Shown here in pieces: positions 14,212-27,349 of a stretch of DNA of 64,000 bases. A program made the translations under genes and the position numbers. Each line of letters opens with the position of its first letter. Positions within the stretch are counted from its first letter, which is position 1. Source of the DNA: Batkoa obscura (lineage: Eukaryota). The notes beneath the pieces were generated by a model that was given only the letters and a program-made list of their open reading frames with translations, searched no databases and was not told the DNA's origin. The stretch lies in the NCBI GenBank assembly GCA_030770535.1, contig JASVEC010000026.1:620001-684000 (forward strand), written 5' to 3'.

Positions 14212-15711
14212 GTTACTATTATTACTATCTAATTTACACTCTTTTAATTTTAAATTTAAATAATAACTTAATAAATTATTATTTAATAAAACTAAATAAT
14301 ATAACCCATTTAATAATATTAATTGTTTTTGATTTCCCATTTTAAATATTAATAATATAACTTCAAACACTTCATTGATTGTTAAAAATATCTAAACAAT
14401 ATAAAATTTTATTTGAAATTTTATTAAATTTAAAATCAAAAACTTACTTTGTCTTTAGGAAACCCGTTTTGTTGACATGCAGGTTTATTATTTGATATTA
14501 TAATACAATAATTTATTAGAAATAAAGCACAATTCAAGAACCAATTTTCCACATCTAATAATAATAGATGATTCTGCGGAAATCCAGCTAATTTCCAATC
14601 TTTTGAATAATTTTTGAATGGACCATAATATTCATATTTCTTCTTTATTAATAAAAGTAATTGATTAATTTCAAATTCATAATAATTTTTATTAATTAAT
14701 TGTTTCATATCTTCAATTAATAAACAATAATTTTTGATTAATTGAATTTGATGAATTATAAATTTCCAATTTAACATTAAATAAGTTAATTCTAAATCAG
14801 TAAACCAAGTTAATAGTTGATTAATATTTTCATTAATAGTTAAAAAATTATTAAATATTAAATGAACATTATTAAGTTTTGAATAATAATTGAATTGATC
14901 TAAAAATAAATAAACTGGCCCAACATTTTGTTTGATTTGATCAAAAAGTTCTTGTGGATTAAATCCTAATTGTTTACTTCTTTTTTGTATAAATTGATTA
15001 AATTCTAATTGAATACTTAATTCTTCCATTCGTTTATTAAATCCTAAATAATACACCATTGGTATCATTGTTTTCGTTACTACTTTACTTTCTTTTAAAT
15101 ATTTTGTTGGACTACTATTTTTATTATTTTCTGATTTATGTGATTTCATTTCTATAAAATTATTGATTTAGTCCATATTTTAAAATAATTCAATTACAAT
15201 TAATTACTCTGTTCTAGATTTACCAAACAATCATTGTACTCTGTATTATCTTCCATCTTATCTTCAGTATCACATTCTTCAAAACTACGTTGTCTTTTAA
15301 GCTTAACTATAAAAAAGTATTAATAAATATTCAATACTTTATCCCATTCACTACAACCGCATTTAATATAAAAACATTCAACTTTACCTTGATTTCTCAT
15401 TATTAATTTACTATCGTTATCTTCCATACAAAATAGATTAAAGCTATTAGTTTTATTATCAATAATGGAACCCGAAGTAACTTGTTCTAAAATCAATGAA
15501 TTATCTTTAGTTTCAATAAAATTAAAATAAGTATTAATAAAAACTTACCCAAAGCAGCTAAAATAGCACTGATCCCCTGTTGCCAAGTGGATTGTATAAA
15601 TTTCCTTTTTTCTTTATTTTGATAACTCATTACTCCACCTCCTCCATATTCATTCTCTTGTTCTAATTCTACTTTATAATTCTTATCATCAAGTGATCTA
15701 TTCAATGGCAT
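13585..15711 (-). CDS. Multi-exon hypothetical protein with poly-Asn tracts
   Basis: Colinear minus-strand ORFs (15493-15711, 14436-15149, 13768-14370) with GTAAGT donors and TAG acceptors; last exons LITLSQATQFLPMLK / SFAEKINLNLE*; no family recognised. Confidence 0.55.
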
Positions 15712-16868
15712 TTCTTTCTTTTTTTGCTATGACTTTAGTAATGCTATTAAGCTAGGGATACTAGTTTGAAAAATGGAACTATTTTTTCAATAAAAATAAA
15801 GATGAAAATTAAGGTGGGTTTATAAGCTTATTATTATTTTATTTTCTAAAAATCATTTGCTTTATTTTTTGCTAATTTGATTTTAGTAAAGGTGAGGTCA
15901 AAATTGATTGGCTGTAAGGCTAGATTAATTTGCTAAATTTGGGCATATCATAAGGTTTTAAAGTGTTAAGGACAAGGTTGAAAAGAAGGATTGAGGAATT
16001 AGTGAAGGTTATACTATAGAGAGATAGAAGTAAGTAATAAATTTAATTCTTTGTAATTTGGTTTGAGTAACTTTTGAGTTTTGAATGGGATATAATAATT
16101 TTTATGTGGTAGATAGTTTTTAGTTGAAATTATTGGAATTTTTTATTTTAATGGATTCATCTAGAACTAACTTTTAAAAAAATATTCAGTTATCTGATGG
16201 TGATGAATAATTCTTTTTTCTTACAAAGTTTTTATTAAATAATTATTATTTATCAGTAATAATATAAGATAAGAATTATTTCAACTAATTTTATCTCAAA
16301 AAATAAAAAAACAGATTATAAGCGATAATATAATTATAAGAAAATTTGTAACCTTTATTATCTATCAAAGAATATATCAACCAGCTGTAAAGCAGATAAA
16401 TAAATATTAACTTTATAAATACTATCTAGAATATTACCGTCTTATCTATTTTAAACGTTGGATCTTTAGGTCTTATTTCGCTTAATTAGCAAATGTTAGT
16501 TAGATATTAAATCTATTAAAACTATACAATTTCAGTATACAATGTTTATTTATTATAAAATAATATTGAAATAAAATTAATTATCTCACTAAAGACAATA
16601 ATATAACACTATTTCAATATTAGCTCTATAAATATAAAATCAATTTTCTTAAAGTATGATCATAAAGGCAATTTGGTTTGTTACTAACATGTTCATCTAG
16701 TATAAAATACAAAAAGTTCAACATACTATTATTATTAAAACTGATAATATTCAACATATGAATATAAATAATATATAAATATAATTAAAAAAAGATCTAA
16801 AAACCCATTCAACTTCAATAAACGGCATGTTTTTTTATTAAGTCAACGTTAACTTGCTGTTAAATAAT

Positions 16869-18062
16869 TTAATACTTATAATCCTTAACATAGAGGGATT
16901 CAGAAGCGGCAGCAGAGTTAGCTGAGCCGCTATAGATACCTTGACAAGCTTCAGAATTAGCTTTAGCACGAACGAGTAAAGCTTCTTGAGCAGCTTTAAA
17001 GTTAGCTTCATCACCTTTCCAAGTTTTAAGCACGGTAGCTTGAAGAGCACGACCATAAGAGAAAGTAAGGGCCCAAGGTCTTAATAAATCAACCTTGTTC
17101 ATAGCATTAAGATGAAGGGTGGCTTCTTCTTCAGATTGACCACCGGAAAGGAAAGTAATACCTGGTACAGCAGCTGGTACAGTACGACGAAGTACAGTAG
17201 CAGTAGCAAAACCAATTTCTTCTGGTGAATATTTCTTTGGGCAATCAGCTCCTGGACAGACCATATTTGGTTTTAATAAGGTACCTTCAAGGAACACATT
17301 ATGTTCATTAAGTTTTTTGTAAACGGCAGCAAGTACCTTTTCAGTGACATAAACGGAACGTTCAAGGTCATGATCACCATCCATAAGAATTTCTGGTTCA
17401 ACAATTGGAACGATACGGTTAGCTTGGCAGATAGCAGCATAACGAGCAAGGACGGTAGCATTTTCCTGAATGGCTTGTTCACTTGGTTCGTTCTTGGTAA
17501 TCTTAAGAACTGATCTCCTATTTTTATATTAATATTTTATTTTATTTTATTTAAATTTAAAATAATAAAAATTACCATTTAGCAAAACGAGCACCTTGTT
17601 CATAATAAGTTTGACAACGTTGAGCAAGACCATCTAAACCTTGAGTGGTGGTTTCACCATTAGTACCTGGAAGGACAACGGTACCTTTGTCGACCTTGAT
17701 ACCAACAATGATACCTTGTTCTCTAGCGATATCGGTAAATGATCTACCATCTTTGGTCTTGTGGCCTAAAGTTTCTTCAAAGACAATGATACCACCAATG
17801 TATTTTTTGAGGTCTAATAAAAAAAGATTAATAAAAGTATTAATAAGAAGAGAATGAGCTGTTGCTTACCATCACCAGCAGTGAATAAAAGTTCACGATA
17901 AGCTCTACGGTTTTCTTCATTGTTTTCAACGTTGATTGAATCAAAACGTTTACCAATGGTACCAGTGGATTCATCAGCAGCAAGGATACCTTTACCCTTA
18001 GCAACAATAGCTTGAGCAGTTTCTACAAGTTCTTTTCTGTGTTCGTGTTTGGCGGCAGACAT
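16869..18062 (-). CDS. Fructose-bisphosphate aldolase, class I (3 exons)
   Basis: [56 protein letters not shown] (Schiff-base Lys), [21 protein letters not shown]-terminal Tyr; strong codon bias. Confidence 0.97.
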
Positions 18063-18929
18063 TTTAAGTTTAAAAAAATTTGCTTGTTTAAATGATAAGT
18101 GATTGCTTTTATACTCTTATTCAATATTGACTGACTTGAATTTCAAGTCATACCCAATCATATTCAGCCTTTTTAAAGATGATTAATCCGGAGGTGTCAA
18201 TAGGGATAAATGATTTGATCCAATGAAATTACTAGATTTGTCATATTTTTAGATAACCTTCAACTTGAAATAGTGGATTTCAAGGTTATGACGTTCAAAT
18301 TGGACAAACTTTGTTAGTTAATAGATAAGCCAATAAAATAGGCTTACTATCTAAGAATATCGAAATCATTGAACAGAATAGATTTTAGTCACGAGCTTAC
18401 GATTGGATAAGTTTAAGGCTGATTTTCAATCAAAATAGGTTTATTTAGAAAAATTAGGCTAATAAAACTTGAACTTTATGTTATCTTTATGCTCTTGATA
18501 TAGTATATGGTTTATTTTCGGTTATATCTGGATTCTCAATGCTTGATTTATAATGTGAGTCTGGTGGCTCGTTCATCTTACTATTATTGTTATAATGTTA
18601 ATTTATATTGCTTGTTGTTAATAAAGTTACAATGTTTAAAAGTGTGGAATATATGTTTTTACCACTTTTTATTTGATGCCTTTATACCTCTTTTTCGGAA
18701 AATAAAGATTAGATTTAATTATATCTAATAAATACTATTATTTGATTATAGTTTTAAAAGGATATGATAAATTTATTCAAAATTTGTATTAAATTATTAT
18801 AAGATGTTGATTGTTTATTGATCATAACCTTTAATTAATTTGTATATAGTAATGTTTTTTCTTTAGCCATTTAGCTAATAACTTTTCTATTTTTGCTTAA
18901 CAAAAAATGAACAACTAACCGAAATAATA

Positions 18930-19036
18930 ATATGGGGGTGTTTTCTTTGGCTTCATCATTTTTTCCATCTTTTAAGCGCTATTTGAGTGGAGAAATTGTT
19001 AGTAAAATTCCTAAACACAAAAATACATCCCCATAT
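18930..19036 (+). mobile_element. MITE family A copy
   Basis: ATATGGGGGTG...AAGCGCTATTTGAGTGG...ATACATCCCCATAT. Confidence 0.88.
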
Positions 19037-19368
19037 CTTATTTTTCTTTATAATTAATAGTTTTAAGTAACGATCTTTTAACTATTTCAAAAGATTTCAT
19101 ATTACTTAAATTATAATCTTAAATACAAAGTTAAGACTTATTTAATAATTTTAATTGGAAAATCTATGTTTTTAGTTTAAAACAAACAAGACAAATTAAA
19201 TTCGAATATATTAATTATGTAAAAAACATTTTGAAAAATGCTGGATTTTATTATTGGCCTATGTTTAAAATAAATATAAAGCTTTTCATTATTAATATAA
19301 TTTTGTTCATTTTCTAAGCAGTTAAAAAATTAAGAAAATAAACTGTACTTTATAAGCAATAAACATAT

Positions 19369-19646
19369 GTATGGGGGATATTTTACAATTGTCCACTTTA
19401 CTTTTTTTAAATTTAGAATCTATTAACTGGTACAGCTGTTCAAACTTGCATGTGTGCTGGCTAACTGTTCATTTTATAATAAAAAATTAAGCATCAAGTG
19501 CTAAATTACCATAATAGTATAAATAGCTAATTATAAAATTTATCACTAGTCAGCGCATATTCGAACTTAGACAACTGGATTAGTTAACTAATTTCTAAAT
19601 TTAAAAAGTAGCAAAAAAGGGCAATTGATAAAAAACATTCCCATAT
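19369..19646. mobile_element. MITE family B: ~280-bp foldback with ~110-bp imperfect inverted arms and family-A-like termini
   Basis: Left TATGGGGGATATTTTACAATTGTCC...AAATTTAGAA...TTTTATAAT matches reverse complement of right arm ATATGGGAATGTTTTTTATCAATTGCCC...AAATTTAGAA...TTTTATAAT. Confidence 0.7.
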
Positions 19647-20111
19647 GTTATATGCAATAAGTATGCTTTTTGATTAGAAATAAAGGATATATTAAATTCA
19701 TACACTGTTTATTTAAAAGCTATTTAGAAATCACATTCTTAGTAGTTTTATTATATTAAGCGACTTGCGAAATTTAAGTTTTATCATTATAAAAATTTTA
19801 AAGCTGGCAATCAATAGAAAATATTATAGTCTTCAAGTTTAGTATTAGCAATATTAATATCTATAGGGTTTATTATTACTTTTTGTTAAACTAACAATTT
19901 GCTTGAGTTGTATGCTTAAAAGTAAAAATAAAAAATTATTTATAAGTTGTATACAATTTATTTAACATTTATCTTTCATCAGTTCACAGAACAGTGTAGA
20001 AAGATAAAATAAACCCGTATATTAAGATAGTACAATTATATTCCGTATCAGACTATAAGGATATATTTTTGAATGAAAACTTTTTAAATTCTATTAATAC
20101 TTATAGCAAAA

Positions 20112-21014
20112 TTAACATGAGTTTGAGTTTAAAGCGCTTGATTTAAAGCTACCATTTGGGTTTAATAAACCAAAGTGGGGCTCGATGGAATTAGAATCGC
20201 CTTTAGATTTCCATTTTGAATCAAAGGGCTCTAAAATATAATAAGGGATGTTCATTTGATTTGCTTTACAAGTAAAATATTTGGTAAATAGGCCTTGGTT
20301 TGGAATATCGGCAGCAGCACGATAATTACCGGACCCATAACTAGGCCATCCAGTTTCTGAGATGACAACTTTATTCCCAAAAGACTTAGTTAATTCAGTA
20401 TACTGATCGATCACTGATTGAGCAGCATTCATCATATTGTTGTCTTTAACTTGAGAAAAGAAGGAATAAAGGTTGGCAAAAATTACTTGTGAGTTTTTAG
20501 CCAATTCAGGATTTTTGAGAAAATCAGCTCCAATTTCACAACTACCAATTGGTACATTCACTCCTTCACTTGCAAATCTTCCTTTAACTTGGTTAATCTT
20601 GGCCACTATACTTCCAGCGTTACCACCATTCTTTAACTCTTCGTTACCAACTGTGACTGCCTTGATTAATTTAGCATATTTACTTTGTTTCAATACATTC
20701 ACTACTGTATCCACATCCGCCTTATATCTATCTTCACCACTGCGCATCCAAATGCCAGCTGTTATACTCAATGGGAATTGATTTTCGGAGATCACTTCAA
20801 CAACGCTTTTTAACTGATCACAATCAGTGGAATATAATCGAAGGTTACTAGTTAACTTTATGATTTTACTCAATTCTTCCTTAATCTGTTGCTTATCTTT
20901 ACAACCATAAGGTAAATAGGGGGAATAAGTAAAGCCACCAATTTTATTAGCAGTAACAATTACTTGAGATAAAGTAATAATCAATAAGTTTAAGTAATAG
21001 GATCTAAAAAGCAT
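20112..21014 (-). CDS. Secreted GH17 beta-1,3-glucanase/glucanosyltransferase (Bgl2/Scw-like), intronless
   Basis: Signal peptide; YSPY..C, LRLYSTDC, VGNEEL (acid/base), ISETGWPS (nucleophile), E-FD-KWK, EPHFGL. Confidence 0.92.
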   Translation of the reverse strand: MLFRSYYLNLLIITLSQVIVTANKIGGFTYSPYLPYGCKDKQQIKEELSKIIKLTSNLRLYSTDCDQLKSVVEVISENQFPLSITAGIWMRSGEDRYKADVDTVVNVLKQSKYAKLIKAVTVGNEELKNGGNAGSIVAKINQVKGRFASEGVNVPIGSCEIGADFLKNPELAKNSQVIFANLYSFFSQVKDNNMMNAAQSVIDQYTELTKSFGNKVVISETGWPSYGSGNYRAAADIPNQGLFTKYFTCKANQMNIPYYILEPFDSKWKSKGDSNSIEPHFGLLNPNGSFKSSALNSNSC

Positions 21015-21893
21015 TGTAAGAAATACGGTTATGTAAATTGGTTAAAATTCCTTGGTATTTATACTTAATTGCTTACCTATTTTGATTTTAATATTATATT
21101 AAGTGGTTGAATTAATTTATCCAGAGAATGTGGTTCATTCTTATCCCTTTTTTCATATCAATCTGACTCGCTTTTTTTAGTGGTAATTGCTTTGGGCAGT
21201 TAAAATAGGTTGATTATCGCCCATCTATAGGGGATATTCTTTAACCTTAATAAAATATTTTTTAAAAAGAAACTTCTAGAGCTTTAATTAGAGTCATTAA
21301 TAAACATTATCGCTTTACGAAAAGCAGATGTACCATTCAACAGTTTAGTGTAAAACCATCACATCCATTTAATTCATGAAAGCTTTTTGGGAAAATTTTA
21401 ACTGGTAAGTTCTGTCTAAAATTTTGCGGTTCACAATAGTTTTAAACTAAAATTTTCAAATTGATTTTACCATATAATTTAATAAATATTATAAAAATAG
21501 TTACTGAATGTTTTATTTTACCCATTATTTTCCTATAGAAATCAATTAATATTATACAAAGTGATAAGTAAGAACCACAACTCTTACTTTAAATTATTTA
21601 TAAAGTTATTAGCCTTACAAACAGTAGTATAGTTTTATGAGCAAAATTAGTTTTAATTTTATTAAGCTTAATTTTTTTAAATGAGTCCAGAATAATTCAT
21701 TATTAAAACAGTTACTCCATATTTGTTGTGATAAAAAGAAGAATTCCGATTTCGATGACTCAATAAATACACGTGTTATGAGGCCATCGACTGTATTCCT
21801 AACTTGAATATAAGTTTGGGAGCTTAATTTATTTCCGCCCCTAGGTAAGATCGATTCCTAATGTGTGGAGTCCCAAGCCTTAAGATTTGTACT

Positions 21894-21998
21894 ATATGGG
21901 GATGTATTTTTTTGTAAGAATTTTACTGACAATCTTTCCACTCAAACAACGCTTAAAAAATGGAAAAAGTGATGAAACTAAAAAAAACACCTTCATAT
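21894..21998 (-). mobile_element. MITE family A copy
   Basis: Reverse-complement copy with ATAT at both ends. Confidence 0.85.
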
Positions 21999-24161
21999 AA
22001 GAAATTCAAAAATCAATGTTGCTGATTCAAGGTGTCTATCGGCTCGCTACCAAAGCCTTTATATTTTTCTGTTGATTATTTTACAATGTTCTTTGTAATA
22101 TTGTAATGCTACTTAGTTAAGTAAGCATAAGTATCTTATTAATGGTAAGTTGCTGCCCATTTAGTGCTATGTCGGAGACTATTGAATAGACCTATAAATT
22201 TGATAAATTTACTTTTGGAATGGAAATCTATCTAGTATAGGATACATTAAATTTGAATATATTAGTTTCGTTTTGATTTAAAAATATGCATTTCCGCTTT
22301 TCTATAGCAGTAAATTCTATAAACTAAAACTTATTTAGGTTACTTTATCGTTTTTTAGAAGTATTTTCTCACTTCATTAAATAATTTTTTACTTAACAGG
22401 AATAATACTTCAGTAAAAATAGTTCTACTTCTAGCAACGATATTCATGCAGCTGCTATTTTTAAAGTTTGGAATCCTTTTATATTGAAACTAAAAAAGTA
22501 CAAAAAATTGTTAAAATGAAATAATATGCTATTAAGTTACAAGAAATGTTATATTATAATATGAACCTAGAGTATTATTATAAATTACAGTATTTAATAT
22601 AAGAATATGAGGAAAAAGTTAGTTTAGTATAATGAATAGTGCAAAGCAAACTTGAAATCATTTAAAATCCCAGATAAAATTTAAAAAATAGATTAAATTA
22701 GAGATCCCGTCACTCAATTAATAACGTAATGTATTAAACTTGGCATAAAATCAATTTAGTTATAAAATTTATTAAAGTTATTAAGTAACGTTAATATATG
22801 GTTTTATAGATTGAATGCTTGTAATAATCAAATAAGTATCAATATCATTTCAAATTATGCTATTTAGATTAAATGATACTAATATATAATGCATTATGTC
22901 CATTCTCATCATAAGTAGTTTTAAACCATCTATGATAATAAAATTTCTGGAATAATTTAAACCAAAATATACAATACTTATAAAATTTAGGATTAATTAA
23001 ATTAAACAAAAATTTGTTGACATTATAACTTTTTTTATTTAAGAAATGGCTTTCTATGTTTTAAAAATTGTTATGTCTAAATAATAGTCTATTAAGTTTG
23101 TATAAAGTTAAGATTTTAAGTATCTACTTCAATAACAAAATACTTTAACAAAAGCATGCTATGCTTAGCTTTTCCATGTCATTTTGGTAAGTAACTGCCA
23201 ACGCTAGAGTAAGTTTGTTCTTGATTAATTGCAAGCAAGGGAATAGTCACAATTTTATTATATGATTGTATCAAATGTTTAATATATTAAAAAATATATT
23301 ACACTTCAATTCTAGTCGTCAATGTTTTCTATCAAATTATTTAGACAATAAGCTGAATATCTGTATATAGTATAGATATTGCCTTTGAGCTATACAAAAG
23401 TGCATATTTTATTTCAAAGCATACACAATTTGATAAAATGATCCATACCCGGATTTATAAAAAATTTCAAAATCATTAAATATGACCACCATCATACAGA
23501 TATTTACTAGCACTTTATCTAATTTAATTCTAGAAGGAATAATAGGAAAGTGACTATTATTTATTCGTAATAATATAACAGTATTTGCCGGATTTGGAAA
23601 GAACCTAATTTTAATATATTACTATTATCTAAAATGAAATAAGTGACCTTTAATATACTAAGTTCTTTTGTAATTGACTATATATATTTATAATATAATT
23701 TAAAATCTATACTAGTTTTTAAATAAAAATTACATTTGACGGTTTATTACAGCACGTCTTGAGGTAAAATAAATAAACTAAAGTTAACAAAATAATGAAG
23801 TAGTGATCTAGGTAGCCCCATCGTTTAAAAGCGCAAAACAAGGGATTAGTTTAAAATAATTATTTTATGTTCTAAAAAAGGCAATCGAAGTCAATTCAAA
23901 TTAATTAAAAATCTCAAATAACACAGCTTAATTCGCATAATTGATTGTAGTTATAGTTAATTTGATAAGATAAATTAATCGAGCTAATAATGAACAATTG
24001 TCTCTAAAAGAAGACAAATCATTTATTATTAAATCAATAGAAAAAGTCATTTAATTAATCATAATATAAATTTCAAGTATTTCTTTCTCTTTTTTAATTT
24101 ACTACTTCTTATTTTTTGTCTTATTTTTCATTTCATTTAATCGTTTTAAATCTTACCCTCA

Positions 24162-25319
24162 ATGGAAACCAAAAGAATAAAAACTGTTGAGTATTTATCA
24201 AAAGATGATACGTGCACTTCTCCAGCTTATTCAACATGTCTCAAAGATATTAAGCAAGTTTTGGATGAATTTTCAATAAGCTCGATAAGCTCCTCTTCAA
24301 ATAGTCATCCTTTGGATTCTGATGTAGCATACCAATTACAACAATTAATAAGCTTATCGAAAATGGTATGTAATATAGATTCCCCAAGAAAGCACACAAT
24401 ATGTATCCCCAAAAAAGAAACCAAAAACGATATATACAACACTTCTTTGGGATCCTCTTCAACAATGACATATCTAACTCAATCACCTTCAACTTATAGT
24501 AATGCCAATAGTACTAAAGTATCTCCAGTATTTTCTACCTTCTTAGTACGCCCATCACTTTATATTAATAGCTCAATGAGTAAAGACACATTGGTTAGTA
24601 AAGATAGTTCAAGTATTAAATCACCAACTGATAACTCGCCCATTCTGCCTTTTACCCCTACCTACCCTTCTCCTGGGTTTAATGAGAGTAAATTGCCAAA
24701 AATGTATGATTTTCCACCAAGGAAAGTATCATTACCTACATCATCAAAAGAGATGTCCAGGTTTACCTTTAAACAAGAATTTAGTTTATTTAATAGAAAA
24801 CCTTCATTATCAGGTGTATCACCCTCTATTAGCCTTAGGAATACCCAAGAAAACGCAGAGCTATTTGGTTGGATGCACATATACAAAACTTCATCATTTA
24901 TGTCTATAAAGCAATGGAAGAAAAGGTATATAGTGTTTAAAGAGATTATGTTATACAGGTTTGAATCTGCTTCGCCTGATGCCATTTGTACTGAAATCTT
25001 GCAATTAAATTCACAATCTATTGTTTGTGTTACCAGCGATTTCCCAGATCAAAAGTTTGTTTTAGTGATAGATAATCCAGGAAGAGACAAATTTTATATT
25101 AAAGCAGAAACTAGTTTACAGTTAACTTCTTGGTTAAATACTTTAAAAGCAGCAGTGGTTAAATCAAGTTATTTGATGCGTGGTTTGCCACCTCTACCTT
25201 CCAATCAACCTATCCCTTGTCCCTTTTCTTCAAGCCAAAAAAGAGGAATCAAAGCTTTCTCTAAAATGTATTCCAAACGTCAACCAATTAACACTCAAAA
25301 TTTTCCTTTAAATTGCTAA
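24162..25319 (+). CDS. PH-domain protein with Ser/Pro-rich N-terminal region, intronless
   Basis: GWMHIYK...KQWKKRYIVF..MLYRF...FYIKAET..LTSWLNTLK is a typical PH fold. Confidence 0.85.
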   Translation: METKRIKTVEYLSKDDTCTSPAYSTCLKDIKQVLDEFSISSISSSSNSHPLDSDVAYQLQQLISLSKMVCNIDSPRKHTICIPKKETKNDIYNTSLGSSSTMTYLTQSPSTYSNANSTKVSPVFSTFLVRPSLYINSSMSKDTLVSKDSSSIKSPTDNSPILPFTPTYPSPGFNESKLPKMYDFPPRKVSLPTSSKEMSRFTFKQEFSLFNRKPSLSGVSPSISLRNTQENAELFGWMHIYKTSSFMSIKQWKKRYIVFKEIMLYRFESASPDAICTEILQLNSQSIVCVTSDFPDQKFVLVIDNPGRDKFYIKAETSLQLTSWLNTLKAAVVKSSYLMRGLPPLPSNQPIPCPFSSSQKRGIKAFSKMYSKRQPINTQNFPLNC

Positions 25320-26261
25320 CCTAACTTAGATACGTCATAACTAACGTTATCGAATTCCAATCACTTTATTTAATCCATCCCTCACTTTTACTCAATTAAG
25401 ATAATCGAATTATCATTGTTTTATATTTTTATATACATTCACTCATTCTGATAGTTAATAAAATTGTTTTTATATTTCATTATAGTACTTAGTTATAATA
25501 TTTATTGTAAATGTCAAATGTATATAGTTTTAACTGCTATATTATTCATTTGAATTTAATACTGACAATTAAAGACAGTTCGATAATTTCGGGTCAAGCA
25601 AATCAAATATTTATAAAATATAGGCTAAAATATTAATCATTAGAAAGTTACGATTCAGCTTTGAAAAAGAAATAATATCACGATAGATTGAACAACTTTA
25701 ACAAGTTGATAATAACCCTTTATCCTTTTTCAAGTTTGAACGTTCGGTATTAATTTGTTTTATATTAAAAACTCAAACCCTTTATAATCGAGCTCTATGA
25801 GTACCAAGTAAAGTTCAATAAATTAATACTTACCTTCAACTGCTGTTGATGATAGAAAATAAATTTAGTGACTCCTATACTTCTTAAAGTAACCTATAAA
25901 TAAACCAGGGACTCATTCGTAAATACTTATTTGATCCTGAGTTTTCAGCTATAAAAGTAATAAGAAGTGTAATTAGTTATAAGTAGCTTGTTACTGAGTA
26001 AATTCAAGTAAAGCATGATGTGAAAATAGGTATCGAGGTGGTAAAAAAAGGGGGAAGGAAATACTAAACCGAAGGACATAGACCGAGCTTAGTTATCTTT
26101 AAGTTTGTAAGGGGCATTACCATTTATTTGATAATTTTTATTATTTCCTATATTTCCTAACCTTGTGATTTTTACGCAAATAAGCCTGCTACTAGCCTTT
26201 GGACGCAATATGTACCTTTGGAAAATAAGGCATTCTATATAAATTCAAAATTCCAGAATTT

Positions 26262-26368
26262 ATATGGGGATGCTTTTTTTGGTTTCATCACTTTTTCGAT
26301 TTTCTAAGGGCTATTTGAGTGGAAAAGCTATTAGTGAAATTCTTAAACAAAAAAATACATTCCCATAT
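26262..26368 (+). mobile_element. MITE family A copy
   Basis: Both TIRs, ATAT flanks; AAAGCTATTAG variant. Confidence 0.85.
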
Positions 26369-26607
26369 ATTTAGCTGGAAATATCGATATAACTGAAAAA
26401 TGTGATTTAGAATTTTAGAAGCTTATTTTATAACTTTTGAGTTTATTTTAATAAATGTCATTTAATATCTATGAATATTTTAACCATTTTAAAGGGGTAC
26501 ATATCAACATCATTAAAAAGTATTACCAGTTTAAAGCCAGTAAATATTTAGAAAAAGCCAAGTTCAGTCACACAACTACTAGGTATATTTAGATAACGAT
26601 AAAGCTT

Positions 26608-26714
26608 ATATTGGGATGTATTTTTTTATTTAAGAATTCTACTAACAATCTTTCCGCTCAAATAGCGCTTAAAAAATTTAAAAAGTGATGAAACCAAAAA
26701 AAACATCCTCATAT
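26608..26714 (-). mobile_element. MITE family A copy (inverted relative to 26262 copy)
   Basis: Reverse-complement copy with ATAT flanks. Confidence 0.85.
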
Positions 26715-27349
26715 ATAAACAATAGTTTTATAAATAGTTTTATCTACCTCTAGCCGCATCATATGGTTCCTTTAAGCTCTTCTCTTGCCATTTAATGACT
26801 GTGATCACTGCCTTGGCCGTGTACTAGAAAGCATACTAAACTTTCCTATATTGATTTTACAGCAACGGAAATGTGCAATAAAAAATTGATATTATAATAA
26901 ATAAATATATTGGCTATAGTTTTATGCTATTAAAATTTCCAATTCCAGAAAACTATTTATGTAGTAGTTTTATATTAAACGCTAGAACTTAAAACAATTT
27001 ACATAGAATGCTATATATTAAAATTATTATTTTTCTTATGACCAGCCAACCATATTTATTTTGAATTAAAAAATTTATTACTAAATAAAGCAAATTAATA
27101 TTTTTATAATAACTATAAATTTTTATTATACTCCAATCAAAACATAGAATGAAGTCAATAATGGATCTCAATTGGCACAAACATTTGATAAGTCCATTTA
27201 TTTCGAAATACTAAAAAGTGATAAATTGCTAATAAATTAGAGGAATAAAAATCAATAAACAATGTTATAGTCCAAAGAATAAGGTGAAATATTGATAGTC
27301 TGAGTAATATAAATAGAACTGGTTAGAAATTAGAAATTTTAATTTTAAA

